Positions 48,669 to 57,496 of a DNA stretch of 64,000 bases are shown here, piece by piece. The notes under the pieces were generated by a model that saw nothing but the letters and a program-made list of their open reading frames with translations, had not been told where the DNA came from and did not search any database. The translations under genes were made by a program, and so were the position numbers. This DNA is from Bacteroidota bacterium (lineage in GTDB: Bacteria; Bacteroidota; Bacteroidia; Bacteroidales; UBA4417), in assembly GCA_037142075.1 (NCBI GenBank), contig JBAXBJ010000001.1, positions 93,617-157,616 of the forward strand, written 5' to 3'. Each line of letters starts with the position of its first letter. The stretch's first letter is position 1.

Positions 48669-49808
48669 ATGCACGTTATCCTCCCCATCGAATTCTCATT
48701 CTTAACCAAGAACCCCAAAATCGTTTTCAAAAAGAAAACTTTGAAATCTGATTACATCATCCACCTGATAAATTACTGTCTTAATTATAAGGATGATGAT
48801 GAATTTTCCCTCAATTCTACGATGATGAGACATCTATATTCTAAAGATTATCCATTATTAGTCAAATACTTAGTTTTTAAAAATTTCATTCGTAAAATTA
48901 GAAATCATAAAGCTGGTGCAAATTCAAGAATCTATACCGTTTGTTTTCCATTTACTAATTTCACTGATGCATTTCAACTCTGTAACCACTTCCTTCAAGA
49001 TAAATGGAAGAAGCATCAAGAAAAATTAATCCTATCCCTTCCTGAGCTCAAAACATCAATTCTGCCTGAGTTAAGGAAGCCTTTGATAGATAACCTTTAT
49101 AAAGTTGATATTGATGATGTGAAAGCAACTAAATGGATTAAATCAGGGATAACACAATCTCAAACCCGAGAATTTCATTTCCTTAAAATTGAAGCTATTA
49201 ATTCGAAAGAAATACATTATTGTTTTGATGATTATGGTCGATTTCATACTTCATTTACAAATTTGAAGAAACAGCTAAGACAATTTCTTCAAGTAGATGG
49301 AAAGAGATTATTGGATTTAGATATTAAAACCAGTCAACCCTTATTTCTGGCTCAAATCTTGAAAAATTATAATGGTTTAGGTACTTATGATAGATTTATT
49401 GACATAACAGAAAACCAAGATATCTATCTCTTTTTATTAAACAAGAATCCTCAATATTTAAAATCCACTATAGAAGAATCAAGAAAAGCTATAAAGAAAG
49501 AAATATTAACTTCTTTGTTTGACCCCCAAAAGACTACAGCAATTCCCTATAACAAATTACTTAATGATGAATTCCCTGAAGTTTATACTTTCATTAAACA
49601 CTATAAAAAGTATGAAGGTGAATTCCTTTGGAAGATTCTTCAACGCCTTGAAAGTAATTTCCTTTATAATAATATCTTTAAGAAAATTAATGATTTGAAT
49701 CTTTTCTGTATCACCATTCATGATTCAATATTATTCCAAGAAAAGGATAAAAAAGTAATAGAAGAAATATGGTATCAAGAATTAGAAAAATTAAAAAATT
49801 CGCTTTAA
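48669..49808 (+). CDS. family A polymerase-like (TV-Pol/T7-RNAP-related palm) replication protein with N-terminal wHTH-like region
   Basis: GRFHT, DLDIKTSQP (motif A), DIY, RKAIK (motif B), LQRLES, TIHDSIL (motif C); the track start 48588 would translate an upstream hairpin. Confidence 0.7.
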   Translation: MHVILPIEFSFLTKNPKIVFKKKTLKSDYIIHLINYCLNYKDDDEFSLNSTMMRHLYSKDYPLLVKYLVFKNFIRKIRNHKAGANSRIYTVCFPFTNFTDAFQLCNHFLQDKWKKHQEKLILSLPELKTSILPELRKPLIDNLYKVDIDDVKATKWIKSGITQSQTREFHFLKIEAINSKEIHYCFDDYGRFHTSFTNLKKQLRQFLQVDGKRLLDLDIKTSQPLFLAQILKNYNGLGTYDRFIDITENQDIYLFLLNKNPQYLKSTIEESRKAIKKEILTSLFDPQKTTAIPYNKLLNDEFPEVYTFIKHYKKYEGEFLWKILQRLESNFLYNNIFKKINDLNLFCITIHDSILFQEKDKKVIEEIWYQELEKLKNSL

Positions 49809-49890
49809 AACCATTAAATTCTTTAAATAAATGAAATAATTAAAAAAAATGAAAATTTCCTCCTTCTTTCCCCCAATCCTGTTCTCATTA

Positions 49891-49933
49891 ATGTTGTCAC
49901 TTTTAGTCACTCTTTATATATGTTGTCACTTTT
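49891..49933. repeat. 14-bp direct repeats, possible origin iterons
   Basis: ATGTTGTCACTTTT at 49891 and 49920 with a partial GTCACT between, just after the polymerase-like gene. Confidence 0.5.
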
Positions 49934-50155
49934 TGGATTTGGATGGAAAAAGGATTTGGAAGATACGGTTTTTGCAATATTCAGAAAGTCATTTAAGGAC
50001 ATCGGGTACAATATTATATTTAGACAGCTTTTGCTAACCATGAAGAATCGCAAATGGATTATCAGCAAATGGGCACTCACGAATTATAACCAATGATTAT
50101 TGATGTGAGAATTAATTATTGGAAATAATTATTAATTTAGTGCCTAATAAATTGT

Positions 50156-50527
50156 GTGATTATGCCTTTTTGCAGAACAAAGGATACTGGAAAGAACTAC
50201 TATTATGTAGAAATCATTTACAGAGATGTTAAAAAATTTGCTGTATTTGAATTAGATGAAATTTTTTCACAAGATCACTTTCAGGCTGAATTCTATGATC
50301 TTGGAGAAAAAAATCGATTTCAATCAACATATTATGTTACGGATGGGAAAGACTATTTTAAGTTAAAATTAAACAACAATGAGCAATATATCATTATTGA
50401 TGGAAGCGATGCAGCTTCTATTAATAATGAATATTTTGACGAATTGGATGGTCTGGAAATTATTAACAGAAAGGATTATCTTAAAGGGATGAAACAAAAA
50501 ATGCGGGAACAAAGATTTGACCTTTAG
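50156..50527 (+). CDS. hypothetical phage-like protein
   Basis: Ends KQKMREQRFDL. Confidence 0.65.
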   Translation: MIMPFCRTKDTGKNYYYVEIIYRDVKKFAVFELDEIFSQDHFQAEFYDLGEKNRFQSTYYVTDGKDYFKLKLNNNEQYIIIDGSDAASINNEYFDELDGLEIINRKDYLKGMKQKMREQRFDL

Positions 50528-50767
50528 TATTCACCATTTATCTAACAGGAGCTGAGCTATTTCAATTGTCAGAATAAAAATGACTTCGTTTGCGAAACAT
50601 TCTAAGCGTCTACAAAAGAAGATGTTCAATAAATAAGCCGTTTCCCTACCGAGTTTGAGAACTGTTGGCTCCGATGAGATATATTCATTTTGTGGCATAT
50701 ATTCCGTATTGGTGAATATGTGAATTTTCAGATAGTTTTCTCATCACATATCAATAGTCTTTTTATT

Positions 50768-51277
50768 TCACCCGCCCAATTTCTTCACATATAATTTTAA
50801 TGTTGCCGCATCAGTATTTTTAAGGAGCTTTACATGATCTACCTTGAATCCATCAGCTTTCATTTCTTTCTCACATTTCTTCAAGATTTGTCGTTTTGCC
50901 CGTTCATTTATTTTTCTTTTTAGGTCATCATAGTCACCATTGTACCAACCACTTGTATAGTATTGACCATGATAGCCCCACATTTTATTCCAAGAAGTAA
51001 TATGCGCATGTCGATAATGAGTCACCATATTTGCCAACCATCGAGCATGCTCATCAGTAAACAATTTGTTTAGGTATGGTCTGGTTTCAAAGTATTCATT
51101 ACAAATAGGACATAATTGTTCTATGATTTCAATAGTACCTTTTTTGAAATCGAAGGTTTTTTGACCATGGCAATTCGAACATTTATTTGGTATATAATTA
51201 TCCTCCTTCTCGAATTTATTGCCACATTTGCGACAAGTGAACGTATATCCTTTTTTTAAAAATTTATTGTATTTCAT
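50768..51277 (-). CDS. zinc-finger hypothetical protein
   Basis: CRKC..CSNC, CPIC...HYRHAH. Confidence 0.7.
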   Translation of the reverse strand: MKYNKFLKKGYTFTCRKCGNKFEKEDNYIPNKCSNCHGQKTFDFKKGTIEIIEQLCPICNEYFETRPYLNKLFTDEHARWLANMVTHYRHAHITSWNKMWGYHGQYYTSGWYNGDYDDLKRKINERAKRQILKKCEKEMKADGFKVDHVKLLKNTDAATLKLYVKKLGG

Positions 51278-51452
51278 ATTGATCTTTTTTTAGTTATAGG
51301 GTCTTTACGTGTGTGAGCAAGTAGAAAAAATAATATTAAATGAGACACTTAGTAAATCTTCAAAAACAACTTCCACAAAAAGAAATTGAATTTCTGCATT
51401 AAAAATCACTAACAATTATAAAAAACTCAACTCATAAATGATCCTTTTATCA

Positions 51453-51600
51453 AATATATCGTCCCTACGGGACTCTATTCTGACACGTAATTTGCCCTTA
51501 CTACCAATATTTTGTCCCTACGGGACAGTCCCAGCGGAACTGTATATTGGTAGAATTGTAAATTAGCCCTATTGGCCAAAGTCCCGTAGGGACGATATTG
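51453..51600. repeat. REP/BIME-like cluster of GTCCCTACGGGAC palindromes
   Basis: Units at 51461, 51514, 51528 (degenerate) and 51581 (inverted); whole cluster is an imperfect inverted repeat. Confidence 0.8.
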
Positions 51601-51781
51601 TAATTAGTCTGACATAAGGCAAATAGATTCCTATGTGTTATTTGTATTGGGGAAGTTATTTCGAAAGTTTCACTTAAGCAAAAACTAAATAAAATATATA
51701 AAAAAATTAAAGTTTTTTTAGCCTATTTACTAAATGATAATAGCTGTTTTATAAATTTTTTCATGATGTTAGAAAGCCCCT

Positions 51782-52357
51782 TTATTGGTGCTTTTCAATT
51801 TTTTTTATTTTTAATTGTCTGATTATTTTAGTCCATTTTCCACCTAATGGATTTCTTGGTTTAATTATATCAAAAAACTGACGAACTGGTAGGATATATT
51901 CTTTATCTCTATGAATAATTAAAACACTTGGTATATCTGCATGAGCACTGAACTCAATATATGTATTTTTTCTCAGTTTAATATTTTCTGATTTTATAGA
52001 TTGTGTTACATACCCACTATCCATAGTCAGAAACTCTTCAAGCGTATCTGGTTCCATAATTCGCCAAAATAGTTTTATAGGTATTTTCACACAATAATAC
52101 TTGGTGGTCATAGAAATCGGAGTTCTTATATCATCTATGATATAGAAACTATTTTTGTCATTACTGATGAACACAAACACTAATGATCTTTTCCTAATAA
52201 TAACTTTTTCTTCAGGGTCAAATATAACCTCAGTAAAAGTGCTGGGTAATTCATGGTGAGTATCCCTTTTGTAATTATCAACTTCCTCTATTGTAATAGT
52301 AGATGTGGTTTCAATTCCCCGTACACCTTGTTTGCAATGCAATATCATTTTTTCCAT
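51782..52357 (-). CDS. hypothetical phage-like protein
   Basis: Ends IIRQLKIKKIEKHQ. Confidence 0.7.
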   Translation of the reverse strand: MEKMILHCKQGVRGIETTSTITIEEVDNYKRDTHHELPSTFTEVIFDPEEKVIIRKRSLVFVFISNDKNSFYIIDDIRTPISMTTKYYCVKIPIKLFWRIMEPDTLEEFLTMDSGYVTQSIKSENIKLRKNTYIEFSAHADIPSVLIIHRDKEYILPVRQFFDIIKPRNPLGGKWTKIIRQLKIKKIEKHQ

Positions 52358-52506
52358 CTTTCTATCTTATTTATTTTTAAAAAATGCTCTAAAACTGGCA
52401 AGTGCCATACCGTTAAATGTCTCAATGTTTGCTTTACGCTTTTTGCTGGAGTGCCGTACTCCATTATTATCTTTAAACATAGATGTGACATTGCCACAAA
52501 AAGAGC

Positions 52507-54234
52507 CTATTTTTGCTCCATCAGCATCATTTTCTTCGCTTTAGGATCAAGGTTATAGCAATCCCAACCATTACGTTGCTCGGTAAAGATGCCGACCCGT
52601 GAAAGCCTGATATCAAATATCTCATCAATTGCATTAACAACTTGATCATCCTCCATTACATTTGTTCTTTTTGTAGTCGCTGCTCCTACAGGGATACCTT
52701 TATTTCTGTTGCAAACAAGAACCATATCATCAACCTGCTCAAAATATTTAGATGTATATAAGGATTGTTTACGGACTGCGGTAATGTGCTCCACGTATTT
52801 GAAACCCCATTCCGTGACCAATTTCTCTGCTTGTTGCTCATATTCATGTGGTATGTGCAAAAACAGTACAGCATCGTCTTCAGCAAATTCAATAACATTA
52901 AGACTGCGTAAGTCCCTGATGGTTTTCATATTCTCATCACTTGTGATAGATGATGGGGTTAAGTTGGGGTGGATGTACAGAAGCTGATATTTTTTAGTTG
53001 CATCAATATGGTACGGTGGCTGAGACTTATTTTTGGATGGAGTTCCTGTTTTGGCTGTTGTTAGTTTTCTAAGTTTCTCTTCCTGCTTTATGACAGTATA
53101 GACCTCATTGATTGATTTCTGCCCTTTGTATATTAATTCCCGATCTTCAACCGAGCCGCATTTAAGAATCTTTTTAACTCTTGAAGCTGTATCATTAGAA
53201 ACATCAGCTAATTCGGCTGCAATTTTTGTGAGGTTTATAGGCTCGATACGTTTTTCAGAATTCTGAAAAGCGGTGGAATTTTGTTTCAGTCCAGCTAACT
53301 GATTTGCTTTCGCTGTCGGTTCAAGGATTTTAGCCCTCATAATGCTCAATACAATGGTTTGGAACGGGCTAAGTTGCCTTTGCTCTTTCTGGTTGTCTAT
53401 CATCCAAACCTTGACAGCATCAATGTTAGGGAATTCTTTCTCAATGATATTGAATTCAATGTTCCGTGCCTTACATATCTTATAGCGATTGTGACCATCT
53501 ATAATAATATGGTTCCAAACCACTATGGCATTCCGACAACCTTCGTCTCGAAGCCTCTTCTCAAGAGCTGAAAATTGTTTTGGTGAAAGTGGCGGGAGAA
53601 AATTTTCAAGTTCTGGCAGGATAGTCAGAACACCATCATCCATAATATTCTTCTCTGGGGCACTATTTTCATCCGATAATGAAACTTCACTATTCACAGC
53701 AGGTGTAATAGGAGCTGTTGGCGGGGAGATCACATCAGCATCTTCAGTGGTTTCTTCGTCTGGTTCATTATACATTGTCAGAGCAGGTGCTACTATCAAT
53801 TCATCAGGGACGGCTATCACTCCACCAAGAGCGGTTGTTACTTTATCAGGAGTCGGTGACTTCGTTGTCCTATCACATTCTGATAATTCATCTTCAGGAT
53901 TTAATCGGGAGTTTTCAATTATATCCAATGTACGATCCTGCTTGGGAGCCACCACTTTTACTGCATCCACCACTACTTTCAATTCTTTGCCCGTTAACCA
54001 ATTTGGGTCGAGTTCAGTTAGTTCTCTCTCAATTTCTGTTCGTTTCGCAATTAATGCTGTAACACCAAAATTATTCTTTCTTTGTATCTCCTTTGCAGTA
54101 AGAAACCGTTCATGCTTCAATTTTTTGATTCTCTCGCTAATACGGTTTTCATCTGTAAGATGTTTTGTGTTAACCACGGGATTATTGGCGGCTTGACCAC
54201 TTGTCGGATTTGCCATAATTTGAATTCTGTTCAT
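52507..54234 (-). CDS. ParB-like N domain + HTH + degenerate MT-A70-like domain
   Basis: LPPLS..QF..LE..LRDEGCR.AIVVW..IIDGHNRY.IC; KKYQLLY, DDAVLFLH, EWGFKY. Confidence 0.8.
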   Translation of the reverse strand: MNRIQIMANPTSGQAANNPVVNTKHLTDENRISERIKKLKHERFLTAKEIQRKNNFGVTALIAKRTEIERELTELDPNWLTGKELKVVVDAVKVVAPKQDRTLDIIENSRLNPEDELSECDRTTKSPTPDKVTTALGGVIAVPDELIVAPALTMYNEPDEETTEDADVISPPTAPITPAVNSEVSLSDENSAPEKNIMDDGVLTILPELENFLPPLSPKQFSALEKRLRDEGCRNAIVVWNHIIIDGHNRYKICKARNIEFNIIEKEFPNIDAVKVWMIDNQKEQRQLSPFQTIVLSIMRAKILEPTAKANQLAGLKQNSTAFQNSEKRIEPINLTKIAAELADVSNDTASRVKKILKCGSVEDRELIYKGQKSINEVYTVIKQEEKLRKLTTAKTGTPSKNKSQPPYHIDATKKYQLLYIHPNLTPSSITSDENMKTIRDLRSLNVIEFAEDDAVLFLHIPHEYEQQAEKLVTEWGFKYVEHITAVRKQSLYTSKYFEQVDDMVLVCNRNKGIPVGAATTKRTNVMEDDQVVNAIDEIFDIRLSRVGIFTEQRNGWDCYNLDPKAKKMMLMEQK

Positions 54235-55006
54235 ACTTAATATTTTTTTTGGTTTTTTAAAAATTGTTGATACACTTCAAAGTTACAATTTATTTTTGAA
54301 TAAAACAAGTTCAATATATTGATATACAATATTATACGAGATAAAAAAATTTGAACGAAAATATTCAATATTATATTTTTATAGTCTTTACCCAAAATGC
54401 TCATTGCAACACCGTCTTATAACGGGATATATTTACATCCCTTTAATTTGTGATCTCCCTCTATTAGACACACAGTCCACCGAGGTGAAGAGCTATTGCT
54501 ACTGACGAGTTGTGGCTTTTTTATGGAATGATGTTCATATTGTCGAATATGGGTCAGGGGACATATCCCGATATATGACCATACCTGATTGAAGGCATAC
54601 CCCCCTTACCCCTAATAGGGCATGCATTATGAAAGATGAGAAAGCCTTCACGAATAGTATAGGTTTGCAGCTCTGAATCCAAATTTTTAAATTAATCTCA
54701 TTCTAACAATATGAAATTTTTTTTATAAATTTTTTTTTGATTTTTTCCAAATGCGATTATCATTATTAATGCACATGGTCGAAAATGGCAGTTTTTGCTT
54801 TTTTGAGGTTTTACAGAGACATCCTGTTTTTAGAGTGTCTGAAAGCAAAAACAACCAATTTGAGCCAATTTAGTATAAGTTAATAATAGCCTTCCAAGTT
54901 GTTGGAGCTATTTGCAACCTTAGTGGTGATCAGTGCTGTTTTTTTTTAATAATTAAGACATATAAAAATCTCTTTTGGGAGTATCTGTTTGCATGCGGAT
55001 TTCAGT

Positions 55007-55288
55007 TTAAATAACAAATCTCTCCAAGATTTTGTTTTTTTCGTATTCTTTTTTAGAAATCGGAATAAATAATTTTATAAAATTTCTCATACTTTCTGAT
55101 TCAGAATTTGCATAGAATGAAAAGCTATAGCCATTATCATCAAAAATCACATAGATAAAATTTGATGTCTCATTACCAAGTTTGATTAAAGCTCCTTTAT
55201 AACTGAATCCCTCCTTAAAACTCGGAGTGAAAACACCTTCAACATCCTTTTTACAGACGGCATATATTTCCTGATTGTGCTTTTCCAT
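55007..55288 (-). CDS. hypothetical phage-like protein
   Basis: 93 aa, ends KKEYEKNKILERFVI. Confidence 0.6.
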   Translation of the reverse strand: MEKHNQEIYAVCKKDVEGVFTPSFKEGFSYKGALIKLGNETSNFIYVIFDDNGYSFSFYANSESESMRNFIKLFIPISKKEYEKNKILERFVI

Positions 55289-55351
55289 TAGTTGTTTCGA
55301 TAAAGTAATATTGTGTCTGCAAAAATATTTTTATTCAGTATTATGATTTTT

Positions 55352-56710
55352 TTAAGAGTGCTGCTCTCTTTTGTTCCATTCCTCTACCTCGTTAATTCCC
55401 TTTTCAAGATATCTGCTAAAGGATTGCATAGAGGTATGTGACGACCATTTCATGACATTTTTAAAAAGATGACCTTCTGCTAATTTTGAGGTGCAGAAGT
55501 ATTTGCGTGAACTGTGAAAATTTAACAGTTCATATTTCTTATAGGGTTGCCCCTTTTCTAATCCTCTATGTTTAAGTTTAATTTCATTAGAACCTTTGTG
55601 TCTGACGAATTCGGTTGGCTCCCAATAACTCTGAATATTTAATTTTTCCATTTCTGGAAGCACTAATTCAAATAACAATTTTAAGTTGTCTCTTATTTTC
55701 TGTTCTGACAACTTAAATCCTGATCTTTCCGTCATTTTGTTTTGCTCCATCCAAAGTATAATATTCTTTGCAGAATCAGATACTGGCACACATGAAATTA
55801 CTCTGGTCTTGATTTGCTTGATCATAACTCTGTCAATGTTATCGACAAATTTTATGTGAGATGAGTCGATCCGTTTAACATCCGAAAATCTCAAAGCTGT
55901 CTCACATGACAGGACATACAAGTTGCGCACATATTCGATATTTGGATGTTTTTTGAGAAATGGATTTAAATCAAAAGTATTAATTACATTATATTCCTCT
56001 TTTTTAAGTAGAACAATATTTTCATCTTCTTTGGGTCGCTTTAGGTTAAGTTTATAGGATTTGTATGCTTGGTTAACAGCTATTTTAGAATCAATATATT
56101 CCAGAAATCTTTTTAGGCATTGCCACCTTTTAACAATTGTAGTATTATTCAATTTCACCCCTTTTTCAGGTTTCTTTGAACGCCCACCAACTTTTCTCTC
56201 CATCTGTATCCAATTGTTTTTTATCTCATCCAAAATATGGTCATCTAATTCTGATAATCTGAGACCTTTAGGATACATTGTCTCAATATCATTTATAATA
56301 GTATAGAAAATTTTAGTATAAGTAAGATGAGTAAGCGTTTTAACAAAGTCTTTAAATAAAGGAATCAGTTGATCCTTATCTTCTTGTTCTACATCTTTTT
56401 TAATGTACAATTCTTTTAAGCCTTTACCAGATGGATATTGATCATCTAATGGAAGTGTTCGCCTTGGGTGTTGATAATCTTCTATAATATTTTCAATTGC
56501 GATCCACATGATTTTAAGCCTCTTATTCGATTCAGAATCTCCTTTGACGTATTCAAATGTTTTAGAATTTCCGTCAAAACTGTCTATGTCAGCTTCAACA
56601 CCTGTTCCAAGTCTGATATATGGTGAGTTATGAGTATAAAAGAATAGAACTGGAGAAAGCCCCGATGATTTGTTCACAGTGCCAGTTCTCAACTTAAAGT
56701 ACATTTTCAT
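55352..56710 (-). CDS. tyrosine integrase (Bacteroidota type with arm-binding N-terminus)
   Basis: TALRFSD (R), QIKT (K), FHSSRKYF (HxxR), SSHT (H), SRYL (Y); a TATCTTTG box at 56726-56733 favours ATG 56710 as start. Confidence 0.9.
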   Translation of the reverse strand: MKMYFKLRTGTVNKSSGLSPVLFFYTHNSPYIRLGTGVEADIDSFDGNSKTFEYVKGDSESNKRLKIMWIAIENIIEDYQHPRRTLPLDDQYPSGKGLKELYIKKDVEQEDKDQLIPLFKDFVKTLTHLTYTKIFYTIINDIETMYPKGLRLSELDDHILDEIKNNWIQMERKVGGRSKKPEKGVKLNNTTIVKRWQCLKRFLEYIDSKIAVNQAYKSYKLNLKRPKEDENIVLLKKEEYNVINTFDLNPFLKKHPNIEYVRNLYVLSCETALRFSDVKRIDSSHIKFVDNIDRVMIKQIKTRVISCVPVSDSAKNIILWMEQNKMTERSGFKLSEQKIRDNLKLLFELVLPEMEKLNIQSYWEPTEFVRHKGSNEIKLKHRGLEKGQPYKKYELLNFHSSRKYFCTSKLAEGHLFKNVMKWSSHTSMQSFSRYLEKGINEVEEWNKREQHS

Positions 56711-56741
56711 ATTTCGAAATTTCACCAAAGATAGCAATTTA

Positions 56742-56960
56742 TTGAGTAGCTTTTGAGTAGGTTAATATCGAGAAGATGACAGAAGTGAATTTTAGTATAT
56801 AAACAAATACCATTATATAATATTAATAATCAATCATATAAATAATATTTAATTTTGTGGTCAGGAAGATGAAAGAATATGAAAGAACTATTGGTAGTTC
56901 TGTTGAGGCTACCAAACCCCTGGTAATACAGGGGTTCATGATTAACAGTGTCCCTTTCAG
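56742..56960. mobile_element. att site region: core inverted repeat with arm-type direct repeats
   Basis: TTGAGTAG x2 (56742-56760); core TTGGTAGTT-CTGTTGA-GGCTACCAA (56891-56915); hairpin AACCCCTG/CAGGGGTT; CAGTGTCC x2 just beyond. Confidence 0.65.
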
Positions 56961-57195
56961 TGTCCTGAAGGGCGAAAACACATCTTTTTTTAATTAAAAT
57001 CTTTTTTAGAGCATAGTTTAGTCGTGAAGAAACAATATTTTAAGAGAGATTTTTGTGTATTCTATTTATAAAAGTGGTGCAAAAAAATGGAATCTAGAAT
57101 AGAAATTCATTTATAATATTACCATACTGCTGATAATTAACGCATTACTGTTTATAGTTTCTATTGTTTTTGTGGTTAATTTGAAAAGGAATAAT

Positions 57196-57222
57196 AGAAT
57201 AGGCCGCTCCGCGGCCTATTCT
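57196..57222. terminator. intrinsic terminator-like hairpin
   Basis: AGAATAGGCCGC-tcc-GCGGCCTATTCT. Confidence 0.7.
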
Positions 57223-57496
57223 GTTTAAGAAAGTATTACCGTATTCTTGTGTCATACTTGGATAACCCTTGTTATCATATGTATAGAATGATAACGACAG
57301 TGTGAAAATCAAATTATTAAGGTTTTAATTTTGATAATTTTAAACCAGTCTTTCTTCCAAAATATCCTTCCATTTTATAAAACCTTTCTTTTCGTCCGTA
57401 TAATCGTGTAAAATCCGGCTGAAATATGTGGGTGCTGAATCCAGAAAAGCTTGTCTGCCGCCGTTTTTACAAATGACACTTAAATTGAATCAGTTT

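Noticed and set aside
53525-54196. 223-aa + strand ORF
   Set aside because: Ser/Phe-rich antisense shadow of the ParB-fusion gene
45600-56900. Complete prophage or conjugative transposon
   Set aside because: No capsid, terminase, tail, lysis, relaxase or tra genes recognisable in the window
56891-56915. Intact tRNA gene
   Set aside because: Only a CCA-ending 3'-like fragment; no D or anticodon arm visible
57340-57480. Short minus-strand reading frame (KNGGRQAFLDS...EERLV)
   Set aside because: No clear start and too short to assign; possibly a gene remnant
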